Below are positions 29,401 to 39,223 of a stretch of 64,000 nt of DNA, in pieces. Source of the DNA: Myxococcota bacterium (GTDB lineage Bacteria; Myxococcota_A; Bradymonadia; UBA7976; UBA1532). Position 1 is the stretch's first letter; each line of letters opens with the position of its first letter. The notes below the pieces were generated by a model. The model worked only from the letters and a program-made list of their open reading frames with translations, was not told where the DNA came from and searched no databases. The stretch is taken from contig JAYZEG010000066.1 in the NCBI GenBank assembly GCA_036337435.1, positions 1 through 64,000 on the forward strand, given 5' to 3'. A program made the translations under genes and the position numbers.

Positions 29401-31038
29401 ATGATCAACCGTATCCTGTTACTTCAACTCTTGATTCTGCCCACTGTCGCAGGTGCCTACGACATGACCCGGCGGGATCGGATGGCTATTCTTTATTCGA
29501 ATCAGGTGGTTTTCGATAAGCGGGGCGAACCCCTTGTCAGCGTCCGAATTACCGAGGGCCAAGATACGGTACAATTTAGCAGCAGTGGTCGGCTTGTGCT
29601 GATGCCAGGCGGAGACGAAGGCTCTCAGGTGTTCTCGCCAGCAAAGACAGAATGGACGGTGAGGCTCGAACAAGGAAAACCCGGGCAGAGCGAATGGTGG
29701 GTTGCAGCAGAACGAGTCTCGGCCTCCGATGTGAGCGTGGTTGCGGCTCGTCGCCAGGCTTGGACCAACAAAGGGTTCAAGGTCCGTATCTTCGAAGCGG
29801 GCGCACTCCTTGGATTGTCGGGTAAAACCCTTGATACCCGAAGTATCACAATCGGAATTGAGCCTCAGTCCACCCAAAAAGCGGCTGAGACGCTCGCAGC
29901 TAAACTGGCAGACCAGCTTACACTCAAAAATGCTGTCATCTCAGAGCCTAAAGGGAGACCATCTGGCTGGCTTTACGCACGGGAACGAAAAACTGGTATC
30001 GAAATTAAAAGCCGTGACCTTCTGTGGATCACCCCATCCAACAACGGCACCACCCGCTTTAAAGAATTAGAATGGGGGCACGGAACACCAAAACGTGGAC
30101 GAGTCGATCGATCTTATGCCGGCGATATTTACATCGCGGTTGGTCGAGACGGTAAGCTTGCGGTTGTCAATGTTTTGAGTGCAGAGCGGTTGCTCGAAGG
30201 CGTCGTCCCATCTGAGCTATACACGAGTGCGCCGTTGGAAGCCCTCAAGGCGCAAGCGGTTGCAGCGCGAGGACAGCTCTTGGCCAAAGTCGGAACCCGG
30301 CACCGCAGTGATCCCTATCTTCTCTGTGCGGAAACCCATTGCCAGGTTTATTCCGGCACAGCTAAAAAACATCCGAGAACATCCAGAGCTGTGAAGCAAA
30401 CGAGAGGCAAGTTACTTTTCTACAAAACCGGTCTGGTGGATACAACCTACAGTTCAAGTTGTGGCGGTCATAGCGAAGCGTTTCATCAGATGTGGGGGGG
30501 AACGCCAAAACCCTACTCAATGGGCCTTGTGGATAATGATGCCGCGTCCCAAAAGCCGCTGCTCGAAGGAGAACTCGAAAAATTCCTCAAATCGCCCCCA
30601 CCATCATTCTGTGGTCAAGCCAAGCGAGGCTCTCGGGTCTTTCGGTGGACCGTGAAGCGAGGTGGTGATGCGGTCACAAAAGCCGTGAACAGCCGAGCTC
30701 AGATCGGCGATATTCATCGCATTGAAGTCCTCAAGCGCGGTCATAGCGGCCGAGCCCTTGCGGTGAAGTATCACGGCCAGAATGGGACACATATCGTCCG
30801 CGGGAGTTATAACAATCGAAAATTGCTGGGTGGCTTGAGAAGCGGTATGTGGCTCGTTAAAAAAGTTGGAGGCCTTGAATCGAAAGCGCCGCTCCAATGG
30901 GTCTTTACTGGGGGTGGCTTTGGGCATGGTGTCGGCATGTGCCAACATGGTGCCATGGGGATGGCCACATCAGGTCACGATGTCAGTGACATTCTCAAGC
31001 ACTATTATCCAGGGAGCGAATTGCGAAAAGCCTGGTAA
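29401..31038 (+). CDS. SpoIID/LytB-family peptidoglycan lytic transglycosylase
   Basis: GVVPSE, EALKAQAVAAR, CQVYSG, YSSSCGGH, GFGHGVGMCQHGA, ILKHYYPG. Confidence 0.93.
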   Translation: MINRILLLQLLILPTVAGAYDMTRRDRMAILYSNQVVFDKRGEPLVSVRITEGQDTVQFSSSGRLVLMPGGDEGSQVFSPAKTEWTVRLEQGKPGQSEWWVAAERVSASDVSVVAARRQAWTNKGFKVRIFEAGALLGLSGKTLDTRSITIGIEPQSTQKAAETLAAKLADQLTLKNAVISEPKGRPSGWLYARERKTGIEIKSRDLLWITPSNNGTTRFKELEWGHGTPKRGRVDRSYAGDIYIAVGRDGKLAVVNVLSAERLLEGVVPSELYTSAPLEALKAQAVAARGQLLAKVGTRHRSDPYLLCAETHCQVYSGTAKKHPRTSRAVKQTRGKLLFYKTGLVDTTYSSSCGGHSEAFHQMWGGTPKPYSMGLVDNDAASQKPLLEGELEKFLKSPPPSFCGQAKRGSRVFRWTVKRGGDAVTKAVNSRAQIGDIHRIEVLKRGHSGRALAVKYHGQNGTHIVRGSYNNRKLLGGLRSGMWLVKKVGGLESKAPLQWVFTGGGFGHGVGMCQHGAMGMATSGHDVSDILKHYYPGSELRKAW

Positions 31039-31065
31039 CCCGCAGTAAAATAGTCGGGGTTCGCC

Positions 31066-33330
31066 CTAGTTCTTCCCGTTGGACTTTGTCCTATTCGGTC
31101 TTTTTTTACCGGTTCGTTTTTTGTGCTTTTGGCGAGTAGGAATTCCTGCTGGTTTGGTCGCGCCTGACCGGCCGTGGGCCAGTGAAAACAAGTGCCGATC
31201 CACATACCGTCCCAACGTTTTTTTAAGCGAATCAGAACGCGGTGACCGATGCACTATGTTCTGAGTCTCACGCGGGTCGTTCTCGAGATCATAGAGTTCA
31301 AAAAAGTGGTCTTTCACTCGATAAATCAGCTTAAACTGTCCATCTCTCATCCCAACCTGATGGGCTGTGTAATTGGAATCTGGCAAAACCTCAAAAAATA
31401 CCGGTGCTGATCGTTTAATCTTGCCCGCGCGCAATTCCGATGCCCGGCTTTCACCCTCATATGCCGACGGGATTCGAAGCCCCAGGAGCTCTAGTAAAGT
31501 TGGCGCAAGCTCGATGTGGCCAACCGGCTCATCAACGGTTTGAGCCGACAGCCCAGGCATGCGCAGCAGCAGGGGCACGTGTGTCATCTCTTCGTAGAGG
31601 GTTTTTCCATGGAACCGATGCCCATGGTCCAAGAACTCGTCGCCATGATCGGCCGTCACAATCAAGACGGTGTCCTGCCATAGATGACGTGCCTTGAGTC
31701 CGTCGATCAGGCGTCCAATATGGTGGTCAGTATAACGTGCGATGGCTTCATAACGATGGCGATCCGAGGAACTGGCTGCGTCAAATCCAGGTACCTCAAA
31801 GTATGGGTCGTGGGGATCGTAATAATGGCCCCATACGTAGAAAGCATCAGTCTTTGGTTTGAGTTTTCCGTCACGCCAGCGATCGATGTGTTTTAGAAGT
31901 GCATCCGTGAGATGGCTGGACCCTGGTTTGGCACCGTGGACAGTGAAGTGACTGGTATCATAATTGGCCACGTGTGTGCCTTGCCTCAGACCACGGACAA
32001 AGAAAACCGTCACGTTAGCGAACAAGGCTGTATGCCAACCTGCGTCTCGAAAAACTTCCGTCATCAATTTCTCGCTGGGAATGGGCGTCTGGTCTCGACC
32101 GAGCTTGAGGCGTGAGGGCAGCTTGCTCGTCACTAAGGAGGCGAGACTCCAATAGGTCGCAGCCCCGTGCGCATATGCGTTGGTGAAATCAACAGACTCT
32201 TTGGCGAGCTCCATAAGCCTGGGCATATGCTGACGCATCGTATCATTTCGCAGGGCATCGACAGTCAGCAAAATGACGTGTTTTTTATCCAGCGGAAGAG
32301 GTTTCCGACGAATGGGTTTCGTCGTCAGAGGCTGGGCAAGCTTGAGATCGCCGCCAACACAGTTTTGGTCGATCCCATCATCAGCAATATCGTACAGACC
32401 CGGTCGGACCCCGGCGTTTGCATCATCGCAGTCTCCTCCGAAAAACAAACGGGCACTGCCGTCTCCATCAGAATCACCAAATTTCGATAGGCCTTTTGCG
32501 AGCTGACCCGAGATAAGGGTATCCCGTTGAACCGAGAGCACCTGATTTGGGTCATCCCGTAAATGTTGAGCTGTGTAGACGAAGCTGGTCAGGCAAATCA
32601 CCAGAGACACGATTAAAATTCGCATTCTGGTCAATGAACGGCGAGGGACGACTTTGAACGATACCAACACGGAAAACAGAAGCCATAAAGCCCCCCATTG
32701 AACCCCACGCAGTTCCACGGAACGCAAGGGTCGAATGACCACGGGTATTGAAAACACCAAAACGATGAAAATCAAAGCCAGAAGCAGGGTGCCACGCGCC
32801 TTCAAAAATTCATTTAAAGACCTTTTTCTCATTCCAAGAAAGCGTTGCAGCAGCGTCGTAGACCATCCGATGACGGGGGCTGAAAACAGCAGTACGAGGA
32901 GAGCGACCAGGGCTGATGCCAAGGCCGCTGCCAAGCCGACATATGTGGTGGTCTTAAATTGGCTGGCGGCAATTGTGACCACTCGGTAACTGACTAAACC
33001 TGTAGCGACAACTCCAAAAGACCCATAGATGGCTGTCAAAAGTAACCGACTCGGGTCATTCGGCCCGTCGTTCTGCATCCAACCATGGGTCAAAATGTGC
33101 GTGCAAACCAAGACGGCAAAAGCGACTAAGAAGGCAGGCAGGCCGAGGATCCCGGTCAAGTTGAGTAGCAGCAGAGTCCACTCACCGAAACCAGTGACTG
33201 CACCCAAATCGCTCAAGATCAACCGAATCCATTCTAAGGCTGGCAGAACGAGTGCGCTGATGGCAGAGAGCCAAATGAAGTGTCGAGCGAGCAGGCCCGT
33301 TCTGCGCCGTTTCGTCTCGGTCACTTCCAT
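31066..33330 (-). CDS. Membrane-anchored sulfatase/alkaline-phosphatase superfamily hydrolase or transferase with a MopE-like metal-binding motif
   Basis: Multiple N-terminal TM helices; GDCDD...DGIDQNC; LTVDALR, HYYDPH, TADHG, HG; no C/SxPxR signature. Confidence 0.85.
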   Translation of the reverse strand: MEVTETKRRRTGLLARHFIWLSAISALVLPALEWIRLILSDLGAVTGFGEWTLLLLNLTGILGLPAFLVAFAVLVCTHILTHGWMQNDGPNDPSRLLLTAIYGSFGVVATGLVSYRVVTIAASQFKTTTYVGLAAALASALVALLVLLFSAPVIGWSTTLLQRFLGMRKRSLNEFLKARGTLLLALIFIVLVFSIPVVIRPLRSVELRGVQWGALWLLFSVLVSFKVVPRRSLTRMRILIVSLVICLTSFVYTAQHLRDDPNQVLSVQRDTLISGQLAKGLSKFGDSDGDGSARLFFGGDCDDANAGVRPGLYDIADDGIDQNCVGGDLKLAQPLTTKPIRRKPLPLDKKHVILLTVDALRNDTMRQHMPRLMELAKESVDFTNAYAHGAATYWSLASLVTSKLPSRLKLGRDQTPIPSEKLMTEVFRDAGWHTALFANVTVFFVRGLRQGTHVANYDTSHFTVHGAKPGSSHLTDALLKHIDRWRDGKLKPKTDAFYVWGHYYDPHDPYFEVPGFDAASSSDRHRYEAIARYTDHHIGRLIDGLKARHLWQDTVLIVTADHGDEFLDHGHRFHGKTLYEEMTHVPLLLRMPGLSAQTVDEPVGHIELAPTLLELLGLRIPSAYEGESRASELRAGKIKRSAPVFFEVLPDSNYTAHQVGMRDGQFKLIYRVKDHFFELYDLENDPRETQNIVHRSPRSDSLKKTLGRYVDRHLFSLAHGRSGATKPAGIPTRQKHKKRTGKKRPNRTKSNGKN

Positions 33331-34463
33331 TCGAATGCACGTATGTCTGGATGGCGGTCATACCAACCGAGTAAAAGTTCTGCTATGGGCCCTGATTCGC
33401 ACGCTGAATACGCCCCCAAGATTTCATCAGCGACAAGCCGACTATTGGGATTGATAAACGGTGCCCCAATTCGAAATCCGGGCCAAGGTGATTCTTCAAG
33501 TCCGTCTGCATCGGTATCAGGCTCCAATCGCGAATACGGTTCAACGCGATACCACGGCACAGCACAGCGATGAACACTGCCTATGAGTTCAGGCTCTCGA
33601 TCTGTTGGATCGCCAGTCGGTTCTAAGCCGAGTGTAAAGTGCATCAAATCAACATTTGCCTTGCGCCACGGTTTTGCGACCCGAACAGCCTCCACTGGTC
33701 CTTTGAGAACGGCACTACATAAAAGAATCCGTTGTTCGGCATCCGGAATTGTAACTAGGGGTAGGTCAAGAATTTCGGACATGGCTAGTGCGATCGGGCG
33801 GTGATGTGCTCCATCCCCTGCAATGGCATCAAAATGCCAGCGATATTTGTCTTTAAATTTACAGAACCTACGAATGGTCTCAGCGATGTGTTTGGGCGTC
33901 AGCAACAGGTATCGGTCTCCCCTGAGTCGAACCCCTCCATCACCCAGTGTGCCCAAAACCAAAGTCCCGCCGAAGAGGTAGCGGAGAGCCCGGTCGTCAT
34001 CACTTGGCTCATCGACAAATTCTTTGTAGCGGGGTAACGCACGGCGCAGCTGAATAGCACTTGGATCCTCAATGCCGTCCAATGCTTCACCAGCTTCGTC
34101 AAACTGACCCAAGGCAAGGTACATACGTCCAATGTTGACTTTGATACTGGGTTCGTCACCGTCATCTGCTGCCTGGTAATCTGCGAGGGCTTCCCGATAT
34201 CGCTTCAAGCGTCCAAAAACATAGGCACGCCATTGAAGAATTTGCTTATCTGAACTGCGTTCGACCGCAGCATCAAGTAGTGTGACCGCTTCCCTCAATT
34301 GGCCACCCAATGCACGTAAGCGGCCCAGTGCCAGAAACGGGTCGGCGAAGCTTGGCTTCAAGTCGCATGCACGCCGATACTCCTCGATGGCATCGGCCTC
34401 GCGATCCTGGAGTTCAAATTGCCAGCCACGTTCAAAATGTTTTCTAGCTAAGCGCTCTAACAT
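33321..34463 (-). CDS. TPR protein with C-terminal PRTase-like domain
   Basis: N-terminal TPRs; FDAIAG...PIALAMSEILDLP...RILLCSAVLKG resembles a degenerate PRTase fold. Confidence 0.65.
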   Translation of the reverse strand: MLERLARKHFERGWQFELQDREADAIEEYRRACDLKPSFADPFLALGRLRALGGQLREAVTLLDAAVERSSDKQILQWRAYVFGRLKRYREALADYQAADDGDEPSIKVNIGRMYLALGQFDEAGEALDGIEDPSAIQLRRALPRYKEFVDEPSDDDRALRYLFGGTLVLGTLGDGGVRLRGDRYLLLTPKHIAETIRRFCKFKDKYRWHFDAIAGDGAHHRPIALAMSEILDLPLVTIPDAEQRILLCSAVLKGPVEAVRVAKPWRKANVDLMHFTLGLEPTGDPTDREPELIGSVHRCAVPWYRVEPYSRLEPDTDADGLEESPWPGFRIGAPFINPNSRLVADEILGAYSACESGPIAELLLGWYDRHPDIRAFEWK

Positions 34464-34586
34464 GTGGATGTAGTCACATTGCCAAGACGATACAGTTTCT
34501 TATTCGCAAAATTACTTCGGCGCAAGTTCGAAGGCGAATCTCTCGGAATGCTTTTCAGTGAGCAACCACTACGATAAGCTGCCAAC

Positions 34587-37142
34587 ATGATCGAATCTGA
34601 AGAATTATTAAGGCGTCTTCGAACTCGAGTCCGGTTGCCACCAGCCACCATGGCCGCCGTTGAGTCGGCACTCGTGAATGGGCGTCGCGCACCAGAAGAA
34701 GTCCTTCAAAAAGCGGGGCTTACACTCGAGCAAATAAATGGTCTGCTGAGTGCTGACCGACTGGCAGAAGAAAAAGCTCTTCAGGATGCCAGCACGAGTA
34801 TCACGACCATTCGAGACGAGCCAAGCGTCGATGACCTGGTTGCCCGCCTCGTGGACATCACGCCTCGATTCGAATTACAAGGCGAGATTGCCCGAGGAGC
34901 GATGGGTCGTATCTTGGCTGCATGGGACCTGCACCTCGGGCGGCCCGTTGCCATCAAAGTTCTAAAGAAGGCGAGCGCGCGTGACTTGGAGCAGATTCGT
35001 TTCCTCGAAGAAGCCCAGGTCACCGGCCAATTACAACACCCAAATATTATGCCGGTGTACGAACTAGGCAGACTCCGAGACCAAGTCGCTTTTGTGATGC
35101 GCCGAATCGAAGGGCGCAGTCTTAAAACTGTCGTATCTGGACTTCGACGCGGCAAGCCAGAAATCCGTCGTCAGTTCAGCCAACTCAGGCTGCTGAATGT
35201 GTTCCACCAACTGTGTTTGGCTGTTGCCTATGCCCACAGTCGCGGCGTGGTACACCGAGACTTGAAGCCGTCCAATGTCATGGTCGGTGACTTCGGTGAA
35301 GTCGTTCTCTTGGACTGGGGCTTGTGCAAGGTCATCGGTAATGAAACTCGCTCCACTCGATCAACGAGCGAGCGGTGGAAAACTGTCCACGGGCAAATCA
35401 TCGGAACACCCGCTTATATGGCCCCTGAGCAAGCAGGCGGTTTGGTGAGTGAGATTAATGAGCAAACGGACGTTTATGGTTTAGGCGCGATTTTGTATCA
35501 TTTGCTGACGCTCCGCCCTCCATTCGTTGGTAAGAACAATCGCGAAATTGTTGCGCGAGTGCTGCAAGAGGATGTTGTCCCACCGATTGACCGCGCTCCA
35601 AACCGGACCATTGCCCCACAATTGAACAACATCTGTATGCGATGTCTTTCGAGAAATGCCAACGACCGCTATGCGAATGCAACGGCGTTAGCGGAAGCCA
35701 TTCGGAATTATCTGGACGCTCCGGACACCATGACGGGGCATCCGGGTAGGCAGCCGAGCGATGCCAGCGTAGATGCCATGGCCCAAGCCGGTATGGCTGC
35801 CATCGCACGGCACCAGAGCCTCCTTGAAGATGCAGCGTTGGTCGCCGATGAGCTTCAAACGGCTCGCGCCACCTTGGAACCAACCGACCCGGCGGATTTT
35901 AAAATCGCAGCGTGGAATGCAGAACGCCGTCTCGGTGAAATACACACTGAGATCGCTGATGTTTTTGCTCAAGCGGTCAACGCCTTGATGACCACGGTCA
36001 TAAAAGACCCCGAATTCACTGATGCTAAAAGCACCCTCTGTGATCTCTACTTGTCTCGACACGAGCGCTCTCGACTCGCGGGTAATCAGGAGAAAGCTGC
36101 TTATTATCGGCGTATGCTCATGGAACATGATGACGGCAGATTTACCGCGATCATCGCCAATGAAGGCAGCCTCTATGTCGATGTTGAGCCAAAGAATGCT
36201 GATATTGAACTCGTCCGACTCAAAGAAGAGAAACGACGATTTGCTGCAAGCGACATCTACCAGCTCGGAGTCCCGCCTGTTCGAAGAGACCCACTGGCTG
36301 CCGGCGTTTATGAGCTGCGCATGACAGCCCCAGGCTACGAACAATTGTGCACGACGGTCGTCATTGATCCGGGCAAGTGCTCTCGACTGCGTTTGCGCAT
36401 GCTGCCCCAAGGCTTAGTTCCCGCTGGGTTTATTCATATCCCGGCAGGCACATTCCGTGCTGGGTCTCGCTACGACCCATACTTACCTCCATCGGAGCAA
36501 GCGTTACCAGACTACTTCATGGCTCGATACCCAGTGACAGCCGAGAATTATCTCCAATTTTTGAATGACCTGTCCGATGATGTTCCGGAAGAGGCGGCAA
36601 TGCGGGTTCCCCGCACGGCGGACGGTCTGACGGCCCTGTGGGCCCGCGATGAAGCGGGTCACTACATTTTACCAACAGAACTTGGCTGGACCACCCAGAC
36701 GCCAATTGTTGGGATTTCGGTCGATGATGCAGCAGCTTACTGTGGCTGGCTGTCCCATCGAACAGGTCAAATTTATAGAGTGCCCAGTGAATTGGAGTGG
36801 GAGAAAGCAAGTCGAGGTAGCGAGGGGCGCGTCTTTAGCTGGGGAGATGGCTGGGACTCGGGTTTTGCTGCCTGTGCGGAAAGCTGGCCCTATCAGCTTC
36901 CCCCGGACGTCGGTGCCTTCGAGACCGACAGTTCGCCATATGGTATCAGCGATTGCGTGGGCGGGGTGCGTGAGTGGACCGGCACGGCAGCACTCGGACG
37001 TTCTCGGCGTTTCGTCGTCCGGGGCGGATCCTTTAAAACGGGCGATGCAACGGGCCAGCCACTCTGGACGCGGGAACTCAGCCTCGCCGATACAACAGCC
37101 ATGGACTTAGGCTTTCGCCTGGTCTGCGAATTGCAACTCTAA
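34587..37142 (+). CDS. Ser/Thr protein kinase with PEGA-like and FGE-sulfatase (SUMF1)-fold domains
   Basis: IARGAMG, VAIK, HRDLKPSN, DWG, GTPAYMAPE; C-terminal PSELEWEKASRG, RGGS, GFRLV. Confidence 0.93.
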   Translation: MIESEELLRRLRTRVRLPPATMAAVESALVNGRRAPEEVLQKAGLTLEQINGLLSADRLAEEKALQDASTSITTIRDEPSVDDLVARLVDITPRFELQGEIARGAMGRILAAWDLHLGRPVAIKVLKKASARDLEQIRFLEEAQVTGQLQHPNIMPVYELGRLRDQVAFVMRRIEGRSLKTVVSGLRRGKPEIRRQFSQLRLLNVFHQLCLAVAYAHSRGVVHRDLKPSNVMVGDFGEVVLLDWGLCKVIGNETRSTRSTSERWKTVHGQIIGTPAYMAPEQAGGLVSEINEQTDVYGLGAILYHLLTLRPPFVGKNNREIVARVLQEDVVPPIDRAPNRTIAPQLNNICMRCLSRNANDRYANATALAEAIRNYLDAPDTMTGHPGRQPSDASVDAMAQAGMAAIARHQSLLEDAALVADELQTARATLEPTDPADFKIAAWNAERRLGEIHTEIADVFAQAVNALMTTVIKDPEFTDAKSTLCDLYLSRHERSRLAGNQEKAAYYRRMLMEHDDGRFTAIIANEGSLYVDVEPKNADIELVRLKEEKRRFAASDIYQLGVPPVRRDPLAAGVYELRMTAPGYEQLCTTVVIDPGKCSRLRLRMLPQGLVPAGFIHIPAGTFRAGSRYDPYLPPSEQALPDYFMARYPVTAENYLQFLNDLSDDVPEEAAMRVPRTADGLTALWARDEAGHYILPTELGWTTQTPIVGISVDDAAAYCGWLSHRTGQIYRVPSELEWEKASRGSEGRVFSWGDGWDSGFAACAESWPYQLPPDVGAFETDSSPYGISDCVGGVREWTGTAALGRSRRFVVRGGSFKTGDATGQPLWTRELSLADTTAMDLGFRLVCELQL

Positions 37143-37279
37143 CTAGGGGCACCAAAACGACCTTGTGTTGGTCGCTGCACCGTGAGTGGCCTGATTAACG
37201 ATGCGAGAGACGGTTGGCACTTGTTGTGTGAAGCAGCATCTGGCAACATGTCGAACTAAGGTTGTTGGGGAAACAGAGA

Positions 37280-38143
37280 ATGGCCGAGCCATACCTGATC
37301 GATACGGTCCGCATAAAGACGATGAACGACCAGCTTTGGCGTCGCGTCGGCGTCACTCAATCCTTTGAGATTCTCCTGGTTGAAGCGGCTTTACTCGGGC
37401 CGGGTGTGGCCAATGAGGTCGCGCGTCGAGCCAGTAGCAAACTGAGTGGTGGTGCAGCTCGATTCTGGGATCTGAGTATCGCACAACTCCAAAAAGATCT
37501 ATGTCGGCGACGAGTTTTAGTCCTTTCGGATGGGATTCTCCAAGCCCATTCCGACTTCGCGAGCAAGCTCGATAAAGTGCTTTCTGACCATGAAAGTGCA
37601 GTCAGTCGGGTCATGCCAACGCCGGGTGTAACGACGGAGCAGGTGCTCAAAGAAACAGAAGCGCAAGCCAAAGCGGCGTCCACCAAGAAGAGTGCGCCGA
37701 GCAGAAGCAAGAAAGCCCAGCCAACGCCGAGCCGAGAGAGTGCGAGACCACTTAAGCGTCAGAGTCCAAGCGGAGAGTCAACGGCGGGAGCAAGCCATGC
37801 TCCGGTTAAGACGAAACATGTTGACACGCGCCGTTCGGAACTGACCCCTAAGCAGCTCTTTACATCAAACCGATTGAATCGACTTTTGGATTACCTCGAC
37901 GACACGACGCTGAGCGTCAATCAGCTCTCAAGTCGACTGGATTTGAGCGGTGGTAATTTAGACGCCTTGCTCGAGGATACGGGTGCACTACAAATTACAC
38001 GCGTGAGTCGCGACCGACTGGTCGAACTTCACTGGCGTGGTCGAGAGTTGGTCCGAACGGCAGGTGTCGACCGCCGTTTGGCGGTTCTTGATCTCGTCAA
38101 GGAATTACGAGAAAAGGCCGACGCGTCCATATCTGAAGAATGA
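37280..38143 (+). CDS. Hypothetical protein, possible C-terminal winged helix
   Basis: Basic disordered linker, then LLDYL...SVNQLSSRLDLS...VELHWRGRELV. Confidence 0.6.
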   Translation: MAEPYLIDTVRIKTMNDQLWRRVGVTQSFEILLVEAALLGPGVANEVARRASSKLSGGAARFWDLSIAQLQKDLCRRRVLVLSDGILQAHSDFASKLDKVLSDHESAVSRVMPTPGVTTEQVLKETEAQAKAASTKKSAPSRSKKAQPTPSRESARPLKRQSPSGESTAGASHAPVKTKHVDTRRSELTPKQLFTSNRLNRLLDYLDDTTLSVNQLSSRLDLSGGNLDALLEDTGALQITRVSRDRLVELHWRGRELVRTAGVDRRLAVLDLVKELREKADASISEE

Positions 38144-39216
38144 AACCGTCACCGATAACACCCATTAATCTGGGACGCTACGTCGTAATTCTTGCGCTTT
38201 TGGGCCCCATCACAGCCTTAAGTCAGAATTCCGTTGTTGTTCTTCCGCTGGAAAGCGAGGCGAGTGACAATGCGACGCAAGACCTAAACGACCAATTGAA
38301 AAACGCCATCGAGCGCCAACTGCTGCGGCCTGTTCGAGCCAACATTGAGTTCAGCTTAGATGAAGCTCGTGTGACCTTTGACTGCGATGAGGAAAATGCA
38401 CGCTGCATGGCTGAAACAGGGCGGATGTTTCGTACACCCCTTCTCTTCTGGGGCAGTGTCCGAGGATACGGGCCTTTCGTCCTCTCACTCAGTGGCCTCG
38501 ATGTCGCGAGGGAATCGATTAGCTATTCAATTACTGTTCAGTTTGAGACAGTCGCCGCGATGGCCAAGGCGATGGATGATGTTGTCAAGTCTCTCATCAA
38601 TGGGACAGAATATCGTCCCCGAGACCGCTTGACCGCCATCACGAGCGAACCAGCTGATGCGAATGTTTTTTTAAACGGCGAATTAATTGGGCAGACACCA
38701 TTGAGCTATAATTTGGTCAACCGGGAGGGCAGCCGGTTGGTCATTAAGAAGGGCCGATATACCACGGCGAGTCGAACCATCGAGGATCCATACGGTGATG
38801 TGCCCATTCATTTTGTTCTAGAACGAGTCCCTATTTTCCAATCGGAAGAGTCCGAGAGTGACGTCGAAGATCAGGGGCTCCGTAGACCCGCTTGGCCATT
38901 AGTATTGGCAATCACCGGCAGTGCCGCCGGGGCGATTGGGCTGGGCGTCGGAAGCTACTATGGCCTGGAAAATCAAAGATTGGAAAAGGAGATGCAAGCT
39001 AACATTGCGTCCCAAGCATCCAATGCCGACAAGCGCTCTGTCGACTTGGTCCTGAGGCAAGATTTTGAACAGAGTCAGTTGATGGCGAACATAAGCTTCG
39101 GCATCGGTGCTGCCGCATTAATCGCCGGCGCCTATGGTTTCTACGAGTATTTAAAGAACCCTGAAGCCACGGTGCTTGTCGAAGCTGACCGACTCCTCTT
39201 CGAGGTCCGTTTCTAG
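38140..39216 (+). CDS. PEGA domain-containing exported protein
   Basis: ITSEPADANVFLNGELIGQTP; signal peptide; C-terminal Gly-rich hydrophobic helices. Confidence 0.85.
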   Translation: MKPSPITPINLGRYVVILALLGPITALSQNSVVVLPLESEASDNATQDLNDQLKNAIERQLLRPVRANIEFSLDEARVTFDCDEENARCMAETGRMFRTPLLFWGSVRGYGPFVLSLSGLDVARESISYSITVQFETVAAMAKAMDDVVKSLINGTEYRPRDRLTAITSEPADANVFLNGELIGQTPLSYNLVNREGSRLVIKKGRYTTASRTIEDPYGDVPIHFVLERVPIFQSEESESDVEDQGLRRPAWPLVLAITGSAAGAIGLGVGSYYGLENQRLEKEMQANIASQASNADKRSVDLVLRQDFEQSQLMANISFGIGAAALIAGAYGFYEYLKNPEATVLVEADRLLFEVRF

Positions 39217-39223
39217 ACGACTT

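Noticed and set aside
28579..31038. Restriction-modification or defence island
   Set aside because: The methylase is flanked by envelope and hypothetical genes, with no nuclease, integrase or transposase.
36420..37142. FGE-fold C-terminus as a DGR target or as an active formylglycine-generating enzyme
   Set aside because: No reverse transcriptase or template repeat was seen. The catalytic Cys pair after RGGS is absent, and the nearby sulfatase-fold protein has no CxPxR substrate motif.
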